The translations under genes and the position numbers were made by a program. The notes under the pieces are model-generated. The model was not told where the DNA came from. It saw only the letters and a list, made by a program, of their open reading frames with translations, and ran no database searches. A DNA stretch of 64,000 nucleotides, counting the filler, from Asterionella formosa (Eukaryota), in assembly GCA_002256025.1 (NCBI GenBank). It is 14 parts of 14 records of this genome, joined end to end, with 100 filler letters (N's around TTAATTAATTAA, not from the genome) between each part and the next. Parts side by side here need not be neighbours in the genome. Positions count along the whole stretch, not along the records: positions 1 to 17,042 come from NKIB01004600.1; 13 more parts are not named here. One strand, 5' to 3'. Of this stretch, positions 1 to 11,366 are shown piece by piece (position 1 is the stretch's first letter; every line of letters starts with the position of its first letter).

Positions 1-142
1 GATACACTGTGATCACAAATTAGTGATACAGTGACACTTTTGGAATGAATGAAATTCAGTTCAAATCGAGTTACCGTTGCTGATACATTTTCAAAAAAAT
101 TCAAATTCCGTGATACACGAAAAAAAATGATAAGAACGGCCC
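1..142. mobile_element. End of a PIF/Harbinger-type non-autonomous element (family A)
   Basis: Ends AAAATGATAAGAACGGCCC followed by TTA. The same TIR and subterminal sequence recur at 14391-14526, 5316-5425 (inverted) and 33291 onward (inverted). Confidence 0.8.
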
Positions 143-401
143 TTATCTAAAATCGACCTTGTATCACGTGTTCCAAAAGGAACATAGACTAACAGGGACT
201 GGTAGAGTACCTGGTAGTCTACTGCAGGCATGTATTGGACTAAATACACTGAATTCATTGTAAATACCAATAAACGTTGTTACAAGGAAGTGCCTGCATC
301 GCAAATGATTGTTGAAGCCATAAAATGATGAGACCATGGGGAAAAAGGTTAAGAGATTAGAAATTGAATTTTGTAGAACAAGTTGTACCATAACCTCCAC
401 T

Positions 402-2405
402 CTACATTTCGCCTTCCAAATCATCAATGTCCAGAATTTGCATACTAAACCCAGTATGCGATGGCGTATATGGATTCTCATCGCTTGCTTGTGTGTGGTC
501 CATTAGATGTGGTGAGTCATCGTCAGATTGCTCCTCAGGTGGCGCGTGCTCTGGAGTTCCCGCCGGAATTGACGAGTTCCGGCTGGTTGGAGCAGAAGCT
601 GACCAATCGCTGGTGCGAGAATTGGAGCGATCAAATTCACCAAAGCTATGGGAAGTATTTACAGGTTGTCGCGGCGAGGGGTCTGTGTCAGTAATGTTGG
701 AGACTTGTGATTGAAGTGGCCCGTTTTCGCTATTGACTTCGTCAGCAACTAATTCATCTAGAATTTGATCATCTTGTAAAATATCACTGCTTTGAGCTCG
801 TTGTAGAGCACTTGCTGCTCGAGCATCTTGGATAGCATCAGTACTCTGAGATCGTAGCCGAGTAATTGGCCGTCGAGCATCTGTCATGGGTTCATTTCTT
901 TTAGCTCGTAGTCGAATATCTGGCGGTCGAGTATCTATCATAGAATCACTGCTTTGAGCTCGTTCTCGAACACTTGCAGATCTAGCATCGGTCATAGTAT
1001 CACTGCTTTGAGCTCGTTCTCGAATACTTGTCGGCTGTGCAACACTACTGTCTGACTCTTCTGAAACGCCTTGCAGATAACTGTTGACAGCAACTGAATT
1101 GTATGGTGTACTACGGGGTTCGAAATATTGGTCATCGTTGCCCTCAGATGATTTTTGTATTCGATAGGAAGCATGACGCTGGCTTGGATGTTCGTACATT
1201 TGGTAAACGACAGGAGGCTCCCTGTGTATTTGGTTAGATGCAGAAACGTCAGACTCATCTGGCGATGGATAAGCGACCAGAGGCTTGTTTTGTACTGGAT
1301 ACGATGCCGAAATATCAGGCTCATGCTCCACAGGATAGCCATGGTTGGGAAAATAACCTTCATCATCCTTGGGGCGATACTTAGCTTCTCCCCGAGGCCT
1401 TCGTTCAAAATGAAAATAGCAGCCAGCCAGCCCTAGACCGGTGAGAATGGCGACGATGACGATAGCCGCAATGATAACTGGGTTTGGTCCAACGGCAGGT
1501 GGCGCCGGTGAGAACGATGGTGCAACGGTAGGCGCACCTACTAGTTGAATGGATCGAACGAAAATGATGTAATCTGGATTGTATGCCTGAAGAATTTCGA
1601 GACTATTGGCGTACCGTTGGGAGTCGGTAAGAAAGGGAGCGAGAACGAGTGTAGTCTCTGGAATGGTTCCAGATATAATCCCATAATGAATGATCTGGTT
1701 GTAAATAAATTCAGTACTTGGCCCGGAGGAAGGATTTGGCAACACTTGCGTGCCTGGTTCTGAGGAATTTTGCGACGTGAAAAAAGTCTTGACAAGAGTG
1801 ATGAGGATTTGCTCTCCAAAATATTCGTTCCAGTAATCCATGACCTCCGCACTTGTTAGATTTTCCCACGTGTCAATGTCTGTTGCATTCAGCAAAGGCA
1901 GACCATCTATAATAAGGCTCACATTGTAGATTTTAGCAGAAATCATGGTGATTGACGGTGCTTGCGACGGCAAATTCGACGGATGCTGCGAAGGATACTG
2001 TGACGGATATGTAGTGGGAAACGAGGAAGGCGACTCCGACGGGCTGACTGTCGGAAGCAAACTCACTGATGGCACTGCGGTGGGCTGCAATGAAGCACTT
2101 GGTATCGCACTGGGTAGCATGGACGGCGAGGGGCTCGGTTTGGTGGTTTCCGTTGGTGATACCGACGTGCTTGGTGATTCTGTAATCGTCGGGTGGGGCG
2201 ATCTAGTCGGAGCAAGCGACGGTGCTGTGGTGAGGGATGGAGATATTGAAGGCGCTTGCGACGAGTTTGGAAATAAGGTGGTGACATTGGGCTGGGTGGT
2301 TTGCTGTGCATGAGAGTTGAGTAGAAACGAGAGCAATAGAAGTAGGCAAGGAAGGTACTGGTAGCGCCTCTGTGATCCTCCAGCATTTCGACGGCAATGC
2401 TTCAT
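402..2405 (-). CDS. Type I membrane protein with mucin-like Pro/Ser/Thr ectodomain and long disordered cytosolic tail
   Basis: Long ORF, first ATG at 2405 (MKHCRR). Signal peptide LLLLLSFLLNSHA, PSxxPS repeats, TM helix VIIAAIVIVAILTGLGLAGCYF. Confidence 0.85.
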   Translation of the reverse strand: MKHCRRNAGGSQRRYQYLPCLLLLLSFLLNSHAQQTTQPNVTTLFPNSSQAPSISPSLTTAPSLAPTRSPHPTITESPSTSVSPTETTKPSPSPSMLPSAIPSASLQPTAVPSVSLLPTVSPSESPSSFPTTYPSQYPSQHPSNLPSQAPSITMISAKIYNVSLIIDGLPLLNATDIDTWENLTSAEVMDYWNEYFGEQILITLVKTFFTSQNSSEPGTQVLPNPSSGPSTEFIYNQIIHYGIISGTIPETTLVLAPFLTDSQRYANSLEILQAYNPDYIIFVRSIQLVGAPTVAPSFSPAPPAVGPNPVIIAAIVIVAILTGLGLAGCYFHFERRPRGEAKYRPKDDEGYFPNHGYPVEHEPDISASYPVQNKPLVAYPSPDESDVSASNQIHREPPVVYQMYEHPSQRHASYRIQKSSEGNDDQYFEPRSTPYNSVAVNSYLQGVSEESDSSVAQPTSIRERAQSSDTMTDARSASVRERAQSSDSMIDTRPPDIRLRAKRNEPMTDARRPITRLRSQSTDAIQDARAASALQRAQSSDILQDDQILDELVADEVNSENGPLQSQVSNITDTDPSPRQPVNTSHSFGEFDRSNSRTSDWSASAPTSRNSSIPAGTPEHAPPEEQSDDDSPHLMDHTQASDENPYTPSHTGFSMQILDIDDLEGEM
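783..1026 (-). repeat. 54-bp (18-aa) coding tandem repeat, about 5 units
   Basis: ATCACTGCTTTGAGCTCGTT recurs at 783, 945 and 999 (spacings 162 and 54). Peptide units RERAQSSD / RERAQSSD / RLRAKRNE / RLRSQSTD / LQRAQSSD. Confidence 0.85.
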
Positions 2406-2847
2406 TGTGCTTGTAATAAGGATAAGCTGTGCGACCAAAAGCGGAAAAGCAGCGACCCTTAACGAGCAATTGTCCGAACACAGTTCAAGTATTAAGAGTT
2501 CCTGTTGATACTGCGTTGTGGATTACAGATGGTGTGTTCCTTTTTGCACCATCACTGTTATTCTTCAGGGCTAGCATATCATGTTGTAGCATCAACCATC
2601 AGGCGGGACAAGAATTGGTGCTTGCACCAAGAAGCAACAAATACTTGAAAAAAATAGCCATATTTGTCATATGTCGTATATATATAAAAACCGTAGGGCT
2701 ATTATATTTAGTTAGTGAGTATGTAACGAGATGGCAGGGGGCTATTTTGCATCGGACGGTTATTGTCATAACGGAGGGCGACGGGCGGCGATGTTGGCTG
2801 CTACTTGCCTTTCAGGCACTGCCAGTAGTTGCAGGGTGAGATTACAT

Positions 2848-2873
2848 GGTACCGGTACCAGGTACCTGGTACC
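2848..2873. repeat. Stack of TA-delimited CCGG/CCAGG/CCTGG units
   Basis: TA-CCGG-TA-CCAGG-TA-CCTGG-TA. Includes the perfect palindrome GGTACCAGGTACCTGGTACC (2854-2873). Confidence 0.9.
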
Positions 2874-3252
2874 CTTCCTGGTCCAAATGGATACAACTCT
2901 GACCATTCAGCAGAATATAAATGTACCACAGGATCTCTATAAATACATGGAGTTGCACACCGGTAGGTCGTACCAGGTACACTCAATGATGGCATTTTAT
3001 CCACCTCGCCAGCGCGGAGTCAGCCGTATACGAAGAACAAATCCGTACGTACATTTGCTGACCAACAAACGGAGTAATTAAAGCCATACATGTAGAAAAC
3101 GCTCGACATTTAAAATATGATGACATAGACCAGCATGAAGCAATATGGTGTATTGAGAAAGATATCGGAATCCTGATATAAGTGCAAAAAATCTAAGTCA
3201 CTCCATGAAGAAAAAAATTCCAGGTGGAAACATGCAAAGGAACAGAATCTTA

Positions 3253-4928
3253 GAGCATCGCCACCGCATTGACCAAATACCAAGCCAATTGCAGTTGCAG
3301 GTCATTACACATCATGATGCGTTGTGTTGGTCGAAAAAGCAAAAATATTTTAGCCACCGCATCAACCAAGACCAAATATGCTTTGGTCTTGTTGAGGATG
3401 ACCCCTTATCAACCAAATATCAGGTATTTGGTCAATTAGACTCCGACCGTAGCCAAAAAAGGAGCATTTCTATTGGTTTAGATTGTGGCCATGCCAGCAA
3501 CATAACGTCAACTGTTTAATTGATCCACAAACGCTAACAATACACATTTACCTTACTCTCTTGATGTAGACAAATGATAAACTTCAGTACAAAAACCTTT
3601 GAATAATACTGGCAGCTATCAATAAAATGTTTTATTTCGAGTCTTTGACAATCCCAATAAGATATCGTCATCCATTGTCGTCAAAGCAGGATGCCACATG
3701 AGAAGGAGCAGCAGGAGCAGCAGAAGGAGCAGGAGCAGCAGCCAATGAGGATGATTCATCATTGGTTTCAGACAAAACCAAAGTTGGATTGTTTTGGCGC
3801 TGTCAAGAGCAACAATTGATAGCGATGTGCGAGTTTCGTCAAGGCAGCATTGTTCCTTGTGTACCGTGATGTGTCATCGTTGGCAGACTGCTGCATGTCC
3901 CTGGCTAGTATCAATATCTTCTTCCCTTGCCTGCAGATCAACATTATGCTCAAGTTTGCTCAGCATTCAGTGAAGTTATGCCATGGGTATATTGTGTAAC
4001 ATTTTACAGTGTCGATGGTTGATTAATCAGCTGAAGAATTTTAAAAATGTATCCAAGAGAGTTGCGCCATTTAACGAAGTGTTTCACACCAATAAAAGAA
4101 CTGTCGTTTAATGGAATAAAATGAAGGAGGGATTAGGTGTGATCCAATTGCATCTCAATAATTCAAGTGCTTCCAGTACTCCACTGTCACACCTGTCATC
4201 CACCACTGATGATTTTGATGTAGTAGATGATACCAAATGAAGGAAAAATAATATAGATTACATGTCAATGCTAGTATGATTGATTAGAAAGCTATTATCA
4301 CTCTAGCTAATTGGAAAAACGGAAGGTTTTTTAATTCTAGAATACCAATATTCAAATGCATAGTCATATTAGTTTTTGATGGGTAGTTTAGATAGGCGTA
4401 GTACTAGCTGCGTAAGAATAAGGAATTTACAGGAAACATGGTGCTACTATTATTCAAAAAACTACAGGTACAGACTACTGGTGGTAGCTAAGCGACTTCC
4501 TTTGATCCTCCCCCGCCTCCTCCCTCAGTTGCCTTTCTCGTTTTCTTCCTGTACTATATGTTTAACCGGTATGTACAGAAGTTTAGGATCGGTCGTCATC
4601 TGATGAGTCTCTATCGTTGCTCATTTCATCAGGCAGATATGTATGAGTACCCTGGTATGCTACCACAAACCACACAGGCCCCCATCATTTTCTTATTGGT
4701 AGTCATCGGGTTTATTAATATAACGATACACATGTAACAACATTCTAGTTCTATTTCTATTCACTAAAAGTTTCGGCGCGAGATTTGACTATTCTAGGAT
4801 TTGGTCGATGCGGTGGGAAAAAATATGAAAAATTCGACTATTGATAAAAAATTTCTCAACCAAGTGACATGTATTGATATTTCAACTGCAATTGGCTTTG
4901 GTATTTGGACGATGCGGTGGCGATACTC
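3253..4928. mobile_element. Non-autonomous PIF/Harbinger element (family B), 1676 bp
   Basis: About 45-bp imperfect TIRs (GAGCATCGCCACCGCATTGACCAAATACC... and ...GGTATTTGGACGATGCGGTGGCGATACTC), TTA on both sides (3250-3252, 4929-4931). Subterminal copies of the CCACCGCATC motif near 3353 and 4799. Confidence 0.85.
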
Positions 4929-4985
4929 TTAGTCAGACAATGCGAAGAAAAGTTTTCAGACCTGCACCTGCCCAATTCTGTATAA

Positions 4986-5903
4986 AGGCTGTTCTAATCA
5001 TTTTCATCATTTCCCCCTAGGAATCATAACTGTCCCCAAAAAAGGGGCTACAAAGCTTTTTAAAAAAATCTACGGGGGATAACTGCCACTTCTCTCCAGA
5101 TATGAGGTAATTACCATATCTGAATATAGATAGTAACCCTAAGTCAAGCAATCATGACTGTATATAAACATATGCAAAGTGGTCGTATTGGTGAAAGCTA
5201 AAAATATTTCCTTTAACTATTTTATTTAGTTGTATATACTGTGTAGATTGAAGTACATCATAAAATTATTTTGGGAAAAAACAGACCTTGAAATGTGTAA
5301 CTGTGGGGCCACGACCTTAATTTGAATTTTTTTGAAAATGTACTGTTAATGGCAACTTGATTTGAACTGAGTTTCATTCATTCCAAACTTGGCATTGTAT
5401 CACTAATTTGTGATCACAGTATATCATGGAGTAACACGGATCGTTAGCAGCAACAGCAGGCCAGCAACAAAAACTTAAATATATCTGAGCAGTAATATGT
5501 AAATGTGTAGTCTACATGAAAATAACCGGAATATAAAAATAAATATATCATGTGATGGAGCCTGTGTGTACATGCTACTGGTACCAGTACTGGGAGACTC
5601 GTCAACATGTTGTCATCAATGCATTGACCATGTTGATGCATTATTGGCATGAATCCATCAAAATGGCAAATGAGTCGCTGTGCCTTTGAGGTCAAATAGT
5701 ATATAACTGTATGAACAATACTACAATAGAGAAATAAATATAGATATATATTTAAAATTGCGTAAGAAATAAGGAATCTACAATTTAAAAGAATATTTGT
5801 CAATTTATAGTAGGAAGGCAAATAGAACTATTGATTTGTTTCAGCAATTAACTAGCTAAAGCTATGACATACTACAACTAGCCACAACGATACTATCATA
5901 TGC
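4986..5903 (-). mobile_element. Inverted, truncated copy of Harbinger MITE family A
   Basis: TAA|AGGCTGTTCTAATCATTTT TIR at 4986. 5316-5903 aligns by eye as the reverse complement of about 13845-14490. Confidence 0.75.
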
Positions 5904-5904
5904 C

Positions 5905-6725
5905 ATTAGGATTTGCAATAGTGGTGTGTGGCTAGAATTTGAATTATAGACGCCATTAGGTCAATCGATTGCACCAGTGGTGTTTTCGTGTTGCACTGTG
6001 ATGCTGATGTTGATTTTCCCTTCAACAAAATAAATTATTAAATTGGTGCTGGCATGTTAACAATTATTTTATCAGTGACAATAGTCATGATACACAGTAA
6101 TCAATGGCCATATCACTGAAACAGCATTGTCAGGCCTAACATGGCTGTAGCTAGTATTAGCTAGCTAGCGCCAGATATCTGTAACATCAAGCAAGTTGTG
6201 TTCATTTCTCTGCGACAATATGAATGTTGACATGGATACCATGGAAGATCCGGTAAAATTCTAAATGATCACTACAGACAGCATTGAGTTATACAGAGGA
6301 ACTAGGAGAAGATAAATAACTTCTTAAAATGAAGAAGACGGAGTGATTCAAGATGGACATCATGATGCCATCATGCCAGTAAAACAGGAAGGAAAAGATG
6401 TTTCTGAAGTGGTCTGCTCTACATTGGCTGGCTCATGAGGAAATTGTGGTAGTGCAATTGCTGGGATGATTGATCTCCTTACTAACAAAGTAATTGCCAC
6501 TGGGCGAATTCACGAACACGAAGTTGCCATTAGAGTTAGTAACAGTAGTCTGTAGGATGATGGGGCCGGTAGCACTTGGACCCTGTAGAGTAACATTCAC
6601 ACCCACCAAGTTGGCATCTCCAAAATCATTATTGTCGGTATTTTCCTTGATGCTTCTGGAGATTGGTCCAAGCAAAAAGTTACTTGGGGGATGCACTCAC
6701 ACTTAGAGCACTGCTGGGGCGCTCG
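5905..6725 (-). pseudogene. Decayed SdrD-B/Cna-B-like repeat protein fragment
   Basis: 6433-6696 encodes ENTDNNDFGDANLVGVNVTL...TTVTNSNGNFVFVNSPSGNYFV after an SAPSSA linker. A more degenerate second unit (ENTTGAID..., TTIANPNG) lies near 5905-6030. Stops and frameshifts are present. Confidence 0.6.
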
Positions 6726-7039
6726 TCAATGAAAAGAATTCAAAAACCGCCAGAAAGCTTGACATCAATCTCGCTATCAAACGCATCACTCAAATGATCA
6801 GAGAAATCACATACCCAACTGGATTGAGGGGTATAGGCGCTGTTGCTGAGCATCCTCATTATGAGAATCACTGGTGTCCTCATGATCATGATGGTGAACA
6901 AGAATGAAATGTCACAGTGGTCCAGCGTCAAGCATTAATATGCATTTAAGATAATTATGATGCTGTAAATCGAGCAAGGAATGTCAGCAAGATGATATAT
7001 GAATTTGCTTAAATGTGTAATGCCGGCAAGGTAATATGT

Positions 7040-7266
7040 GAATGTTTGATTGTCACTTTCATCATACAGCGCAAATTTTGTTTTCTCCAAATCAGCAATG
7101 TACTTGCCCAAAAACCCGACTGTACACAGCTCTGTTCCATCTTGGACAACCACAGCCTTCATCACCATCTGCAGCTCTTTCTCCTCACCAATCTCCACTA
7201 TTGTCAGCTTTGCCTGTTTGTGACACCACATAGGCTGAGTATTTCTCCATCTTGATGGGATGTCAT
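7040..7266 (-). pseudogene. Remnant of a stramenopile DGE..G....GRSC / DG.E.C.VGFL family protein (HIRAN-like, probably transposon-associated)
   Basis: MTSHQDGEILSLCGVTNRQS* then, in another frame, KAVVVQDGTELCTVGFLGK...LYDESDN. Family recalled from memory. Confidence 0.4.
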
Positions 7267-7699
7267 TTTCATGATGGTGTCCAACAAAATTATATGATGC
7301 TTTCTGGGACCTTCTTAGAATATAAAAATAATATGTTGTATTTTCTGCACATGTAAAATATTTGGGTTTGTAGCACCAGAGATATACTGAGGAGACAGGA
7401 ATGTGTGGAGGACAGAAGTATGGGATTTACGGCATGTGTTTTGGCATAGAGCAAAATTATGTCTACATTCAGCAACATAGATATAGCATAAATGTTTAAA
7501 TATCATTTTTGTTTGTTTAAAATGGAACTCTATCAATCTTGCACCAATTCCTATTTAATTCAAATATTCAAATGGACAATGAAATCTTGGGAATTCATAG
7601 AAGCAAACTCCTTGTTCCATGCCATTTTTACAACCCTAGCAACATTTTCTCCAAAATAGAGTTAAGCCAAGGGCTGCAACCTTAAACAAAGGGAAAAGA

Positions 7700-10600
7700 T
7701 TAAATGGCAAGAATAGACTTTGTCATGACACAATTTGTGCTTGTACAACAAAAACAAAGCCTTTGATAATAAATGAACCCCAAGTAATACCGCAATGTTG
7801 TCTTTAAGGCTGTCAAAGTTAGACTATCAGTATCATTGTGCATGCCTCTAAATGGTGCATAATGCGATTCTAGGCTCGTTCGATCCTCTAATGACAGAGA
7901 TGGTCTTGTTGCATGGAACGCATTACGAATGTGCTCTGTTTTGATATTTACATCACCACTACCGCCACTTCCCAAATAATCATGTACTGCTGCCAATTGT
8001 GCAGTGTCCACAACTGCCTTGAGATCTGCCGGGGACAAGTATCGGGAAGAGGTACTTGCTATTTCTTTGCACAGGGCTCCAGATTTCACAAAGCCCCTCA
8101 CTTTCTCGTCAACCTTTCGATTTCGAATAAGTTTAGAAAATACGTCAGTCCATTCGTACTCTGTCTCCGGAAGACCAATGTAAATATGCTTCTCAAGGCG
8201 TCCTGGACGAAGCAAGGCTGGATCAATCATACCAGGTCTTGATGTGGCAGCAACAACATAAACACGATCAAGGGTGCTTTCTACGCCATCAAGAAAGGTC
8301 AACAGTTGATTCACGACTCGATCTGTTACACCGGTAAGATCAGTCCCACGACGCGGGGCCAGAGCCTCAAATTCATCCAGAAATAAAAGTGATGGCGCAG
8401 CAGCTTGAGCACGTGCAAATAACTGGCGAACTTTATGCTCAGACGCACCAATGTACTTGTCCAAAAGCTCAGGACCGTGACAAGTAATGAGCGCCAAGTC
8501 ACATTCGCTCGCTAGGGCCGGCGCAATGAGGGATTTACCACAACCGGGTGGACCAAAGAGGAGAAGACCTCGAGGCAATTGTGTAGGTGCTTTTTCGTAG
8601 ATTCGGCGGTATTTTACGGGATGTAATATCGCAGATGCAAGTTGCTTCTTTGCTTCGAAGAGTCCACCAATATTATCCCATTTAAAAGCTAGGGACGTGG
8701 CTTCGCCTCGAATACCTTGCCTTGAAAATGGAATAAACCTTTCGACTGCAATGTTAAGTGAAGAATGGAAGGCGCACTCCTCGAATGCAGCTAGATTCGA
8801 ACATCTAGAAATCAGCATTTTTGAACGCAACTCATGGCAGACGATCGTTGCTAGTCGACCAACATCACCTGGTCGATATCCCTCGAGTCTTTTGATGATA
8901 TCAGGTGGTATGCGTGTGAATGGCACTTCCAAAAAGTGACGGATCACTACCGACAGCATTTGACCGATCTCGATTTTTCCTAAAGGAGGAAGAGGTATGA
9001 ACTCGAAGAGTCGATCATGGGGTAATGCGGTTGAGGCTAAAGACTTCGCCTCATTACATGTGATCAAAATCTTGACATGATTATCCAAGGCTTGTGCCAA
9101 CAAACAAAAGTGGTCGGCAATCAGTTTTGTTTGATCCAACTCAATTGGGTTTATTTGCAGGCTACTGATGCTACTCTCCCCGCTAGTCGCGGTAACGTGA
9201 TTCGGTATCAGACGATCAAGATTGTCGAGTACCAAAAGAGACGAACGCGAAGTTGAGGCAAGTTCGAAGACTGCACTCAGCTCTTCCAGAGTGTCTTGCA
9301 TCCGAATCTCCCCAGCTGACTGAAGTCTCTCGCAATCTAAGTAGACTGTTTGTCGAGATGATCGCAAACGAGATACAGCAGCGAGTACAAGTGAGAAGTG
9401 GGACTTCCCAGCGCCTTTTTCACCGTAGAGTATTATTCCGTCGCAGGAAAGTAAGTGCAATTGAGCATTCGACATCAAGTCTCGCAGTGGTTCAGTGACC
9501 ACGTCAGGAATGTCTGGCAAACAATTTAGTAAATCGCAGTTCGTTGGGGAAGTCAGCACTGCAAGATTATTTCGGCTGATAGACTCTTGAGTAGATGGAT
9601 TGGATTGAAGTGGAAGAGTTATGATGTCTTGAAAGCGGACTAAGTTATCATGTCCAAAAGATGAATTTGCCTGAGCGTGGATAGAGACCCGGTACAGACT
9701 ATTTATCGACATGGATACGCCTTCACTCCAAGGCAAAGGAATTATAGTGCCATCCGTAATGGGAAAACTCCCGAGACTTTCCGAAAGTACATTCATGGAA
9801 GACAGGTCGGATCGTATATTCTCATCGGCACCAGGAGTCAATGAGCTGGAGGAGTAAGGAGTCGAGACACAAGCAGGATATCGCCAAGCTGCCATTCTAC
9901 CATTTTTCAAATCGTGTTCAACTTTGATGGGATCGATAGAGATAATGGTTTTCCCTTGCTCCACGAGTTTCCTTGTATGGTTGAATGTTTGAGATTCTCG
10001 CTTTCTGCTCATAAGGTGAATAATCACCATTTCGTCAAGCGGTGCGATTCCGAGCTGAAGGCGTGTCAAATAATTCAAAGCTAAAATAAAGAGAAACGAG
10101 TTAATGACACGAACGCTGCAAAATGTAAGGCTGTTGTTTTCTCAGAATCAATTGGAGGTTTAATCGTCAATGAATATATAAATATATTTCAGAATTAGCA
10201 TGGTTTGTTCCTCATCGAAAACACAGCCCGCAAAGGATAACAACATCAAAATACTCACCAACATGACCCGTTAAGACCTCGTCCGAGGCCACGATCTGGA
10301 CAACGGCTTGTCTAGGTGTGTCAGACGCGCCGACTTGTGATCTCACAATGAATGCAATAGGGGGCGTGCCATCGTCGGCGATGACTTTCCAATCTGGTAA
10401 GGAGCGCTCCAATGTTTCTGTATGTGCCATGAGCGTAAATGGGGGTACCATTGGTCCATGAATAAGCTCGCGGGTGGCTAGGGCTTGCATTTGCGGAGAC
10501 CAATCGTCCCAAGAAGGAACGACGCGAAGCGGACAACTTGGTTGTGGCTCCATAATCTTGGGCCGTGGTTTGGGAATAACAATCACTTCTGTGGTCGCAA

Positions 10601-11366
10601 CCAGGCGGCAGCAGCCATAGTCGTTGAGAAAAGTTGAAGGTACGACGCGGACCTGGACAGAGTCCCTGTGTCCTACTGCCAGCGTTAGAGTTTGATTCGG
10701 GTAGACAACGGTGACTTGAGCCAGTAAGCCGCCACGTTCAAGGGATTCGGCATGAATCTCCAAGAGTTCCCAATCTTCTGTGGTTAAAGGCTCCATTTCA
10801 ACAGAAATAGCATCAAAAACTTCTGGAAGTGCCTTGACGAATGCAAATTGTCCTTCTACATTGTCAAGCTGGGAAGGTATTTCAATAACCCCTATAAAGG
10901 AAGCACATCGGGTGTAAGCCAGCAGGAATTCACAAAGATAGCCACGGATATCGCGCTATTGGACCTCAGAAGGAAGGCAGCAGTGTGGATATCAACATGT
11001 ATGCGTTCTGTGGTAGTGACAATTTTGAAACTGACTCATCTCTGGCCGGAAAAAAATAGCGAGCACAAATAACTTGAGTAACGTACCGTCACCTTCTAAG
11101 GATCCTCCATTGTATGATGAGTAGATGAAATCTCCGGAATCAAATACAATTTTGAGAGGAAGAAACTCAATGTTCCAAGATGAGGACGAAAGTATCGACC
11201 ATCCATTGGATGGATAAAGATGGTCCGTGGCTGTCAGTGCTGCATCCTCAAAAAGGTCTCGCGCTGTCCGAAGCGACAGGCGCGCGAACAAACACCACTT
11301 CTTCGATTCTCTGCTATCTCCTCTTAATTGTGATCTTGTTCGGACACGGAGTCGTCGTTCCGTCAT
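7700..11366 (-). CDS. PEX1: Peroxisome biogenesis AAA+ ATPase PEX1; exons 11366-11087, 10891-10259, 10080-7700
   Basis: PEX-1N motif EPLTTEDWELLE; D1 GEKGAGKS/VLDNLD; D2 GPPGCGKS/FLDEFE, GPELLDKYIGASE, DPALLRPGRL. Both GT-AG introns restore the frame. A possible third intron (7790-7681) would end the CDS at 7662. Confidence 0.92.
10136..10222 (-). ncRNA. Intronic box C/D snoRNA (snR53-like D' guide plus a second 18S guide)
   Basis: In PEX1 intron 2. Stem GTTTTC/GAAAAC, C box tcGATGA, guide CCATGCTAAT-t-CTGA (D'), C' TTGACGA, guide CCTCCAATTGAT-t-CTGA (D). Guides are complementary to the conserved 18S segments ATTAGCATGG and CAATTGGAGG. Confidence 0.85.
10962..11047 (-). ncRNA. Intronic box C/D snoRNA with two 18S rRNA guides
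   Basis: In PEX1 intron 1. Stem GGCC/GGTC, C box gaGATGA, guide ATTGTCACTACC-a-CAGA (D'), C' ATGTTGA, guide TGCTGCCTTCCTT-CTGA (D). Complementary to 18S GGTAGTGACAAT and AAGGAAGGCAGCA. Confidence 0.88.

Noticed and set aside
10962..11047. U14 snoRNA call or rRNA pseudogene fragment
   Set aside because: The guide register points to the Am420-equivalent rather than Cm414, and the U14 domain A sequence is absent. rRNA matches are confined to 12-13 nt next to D boxes.
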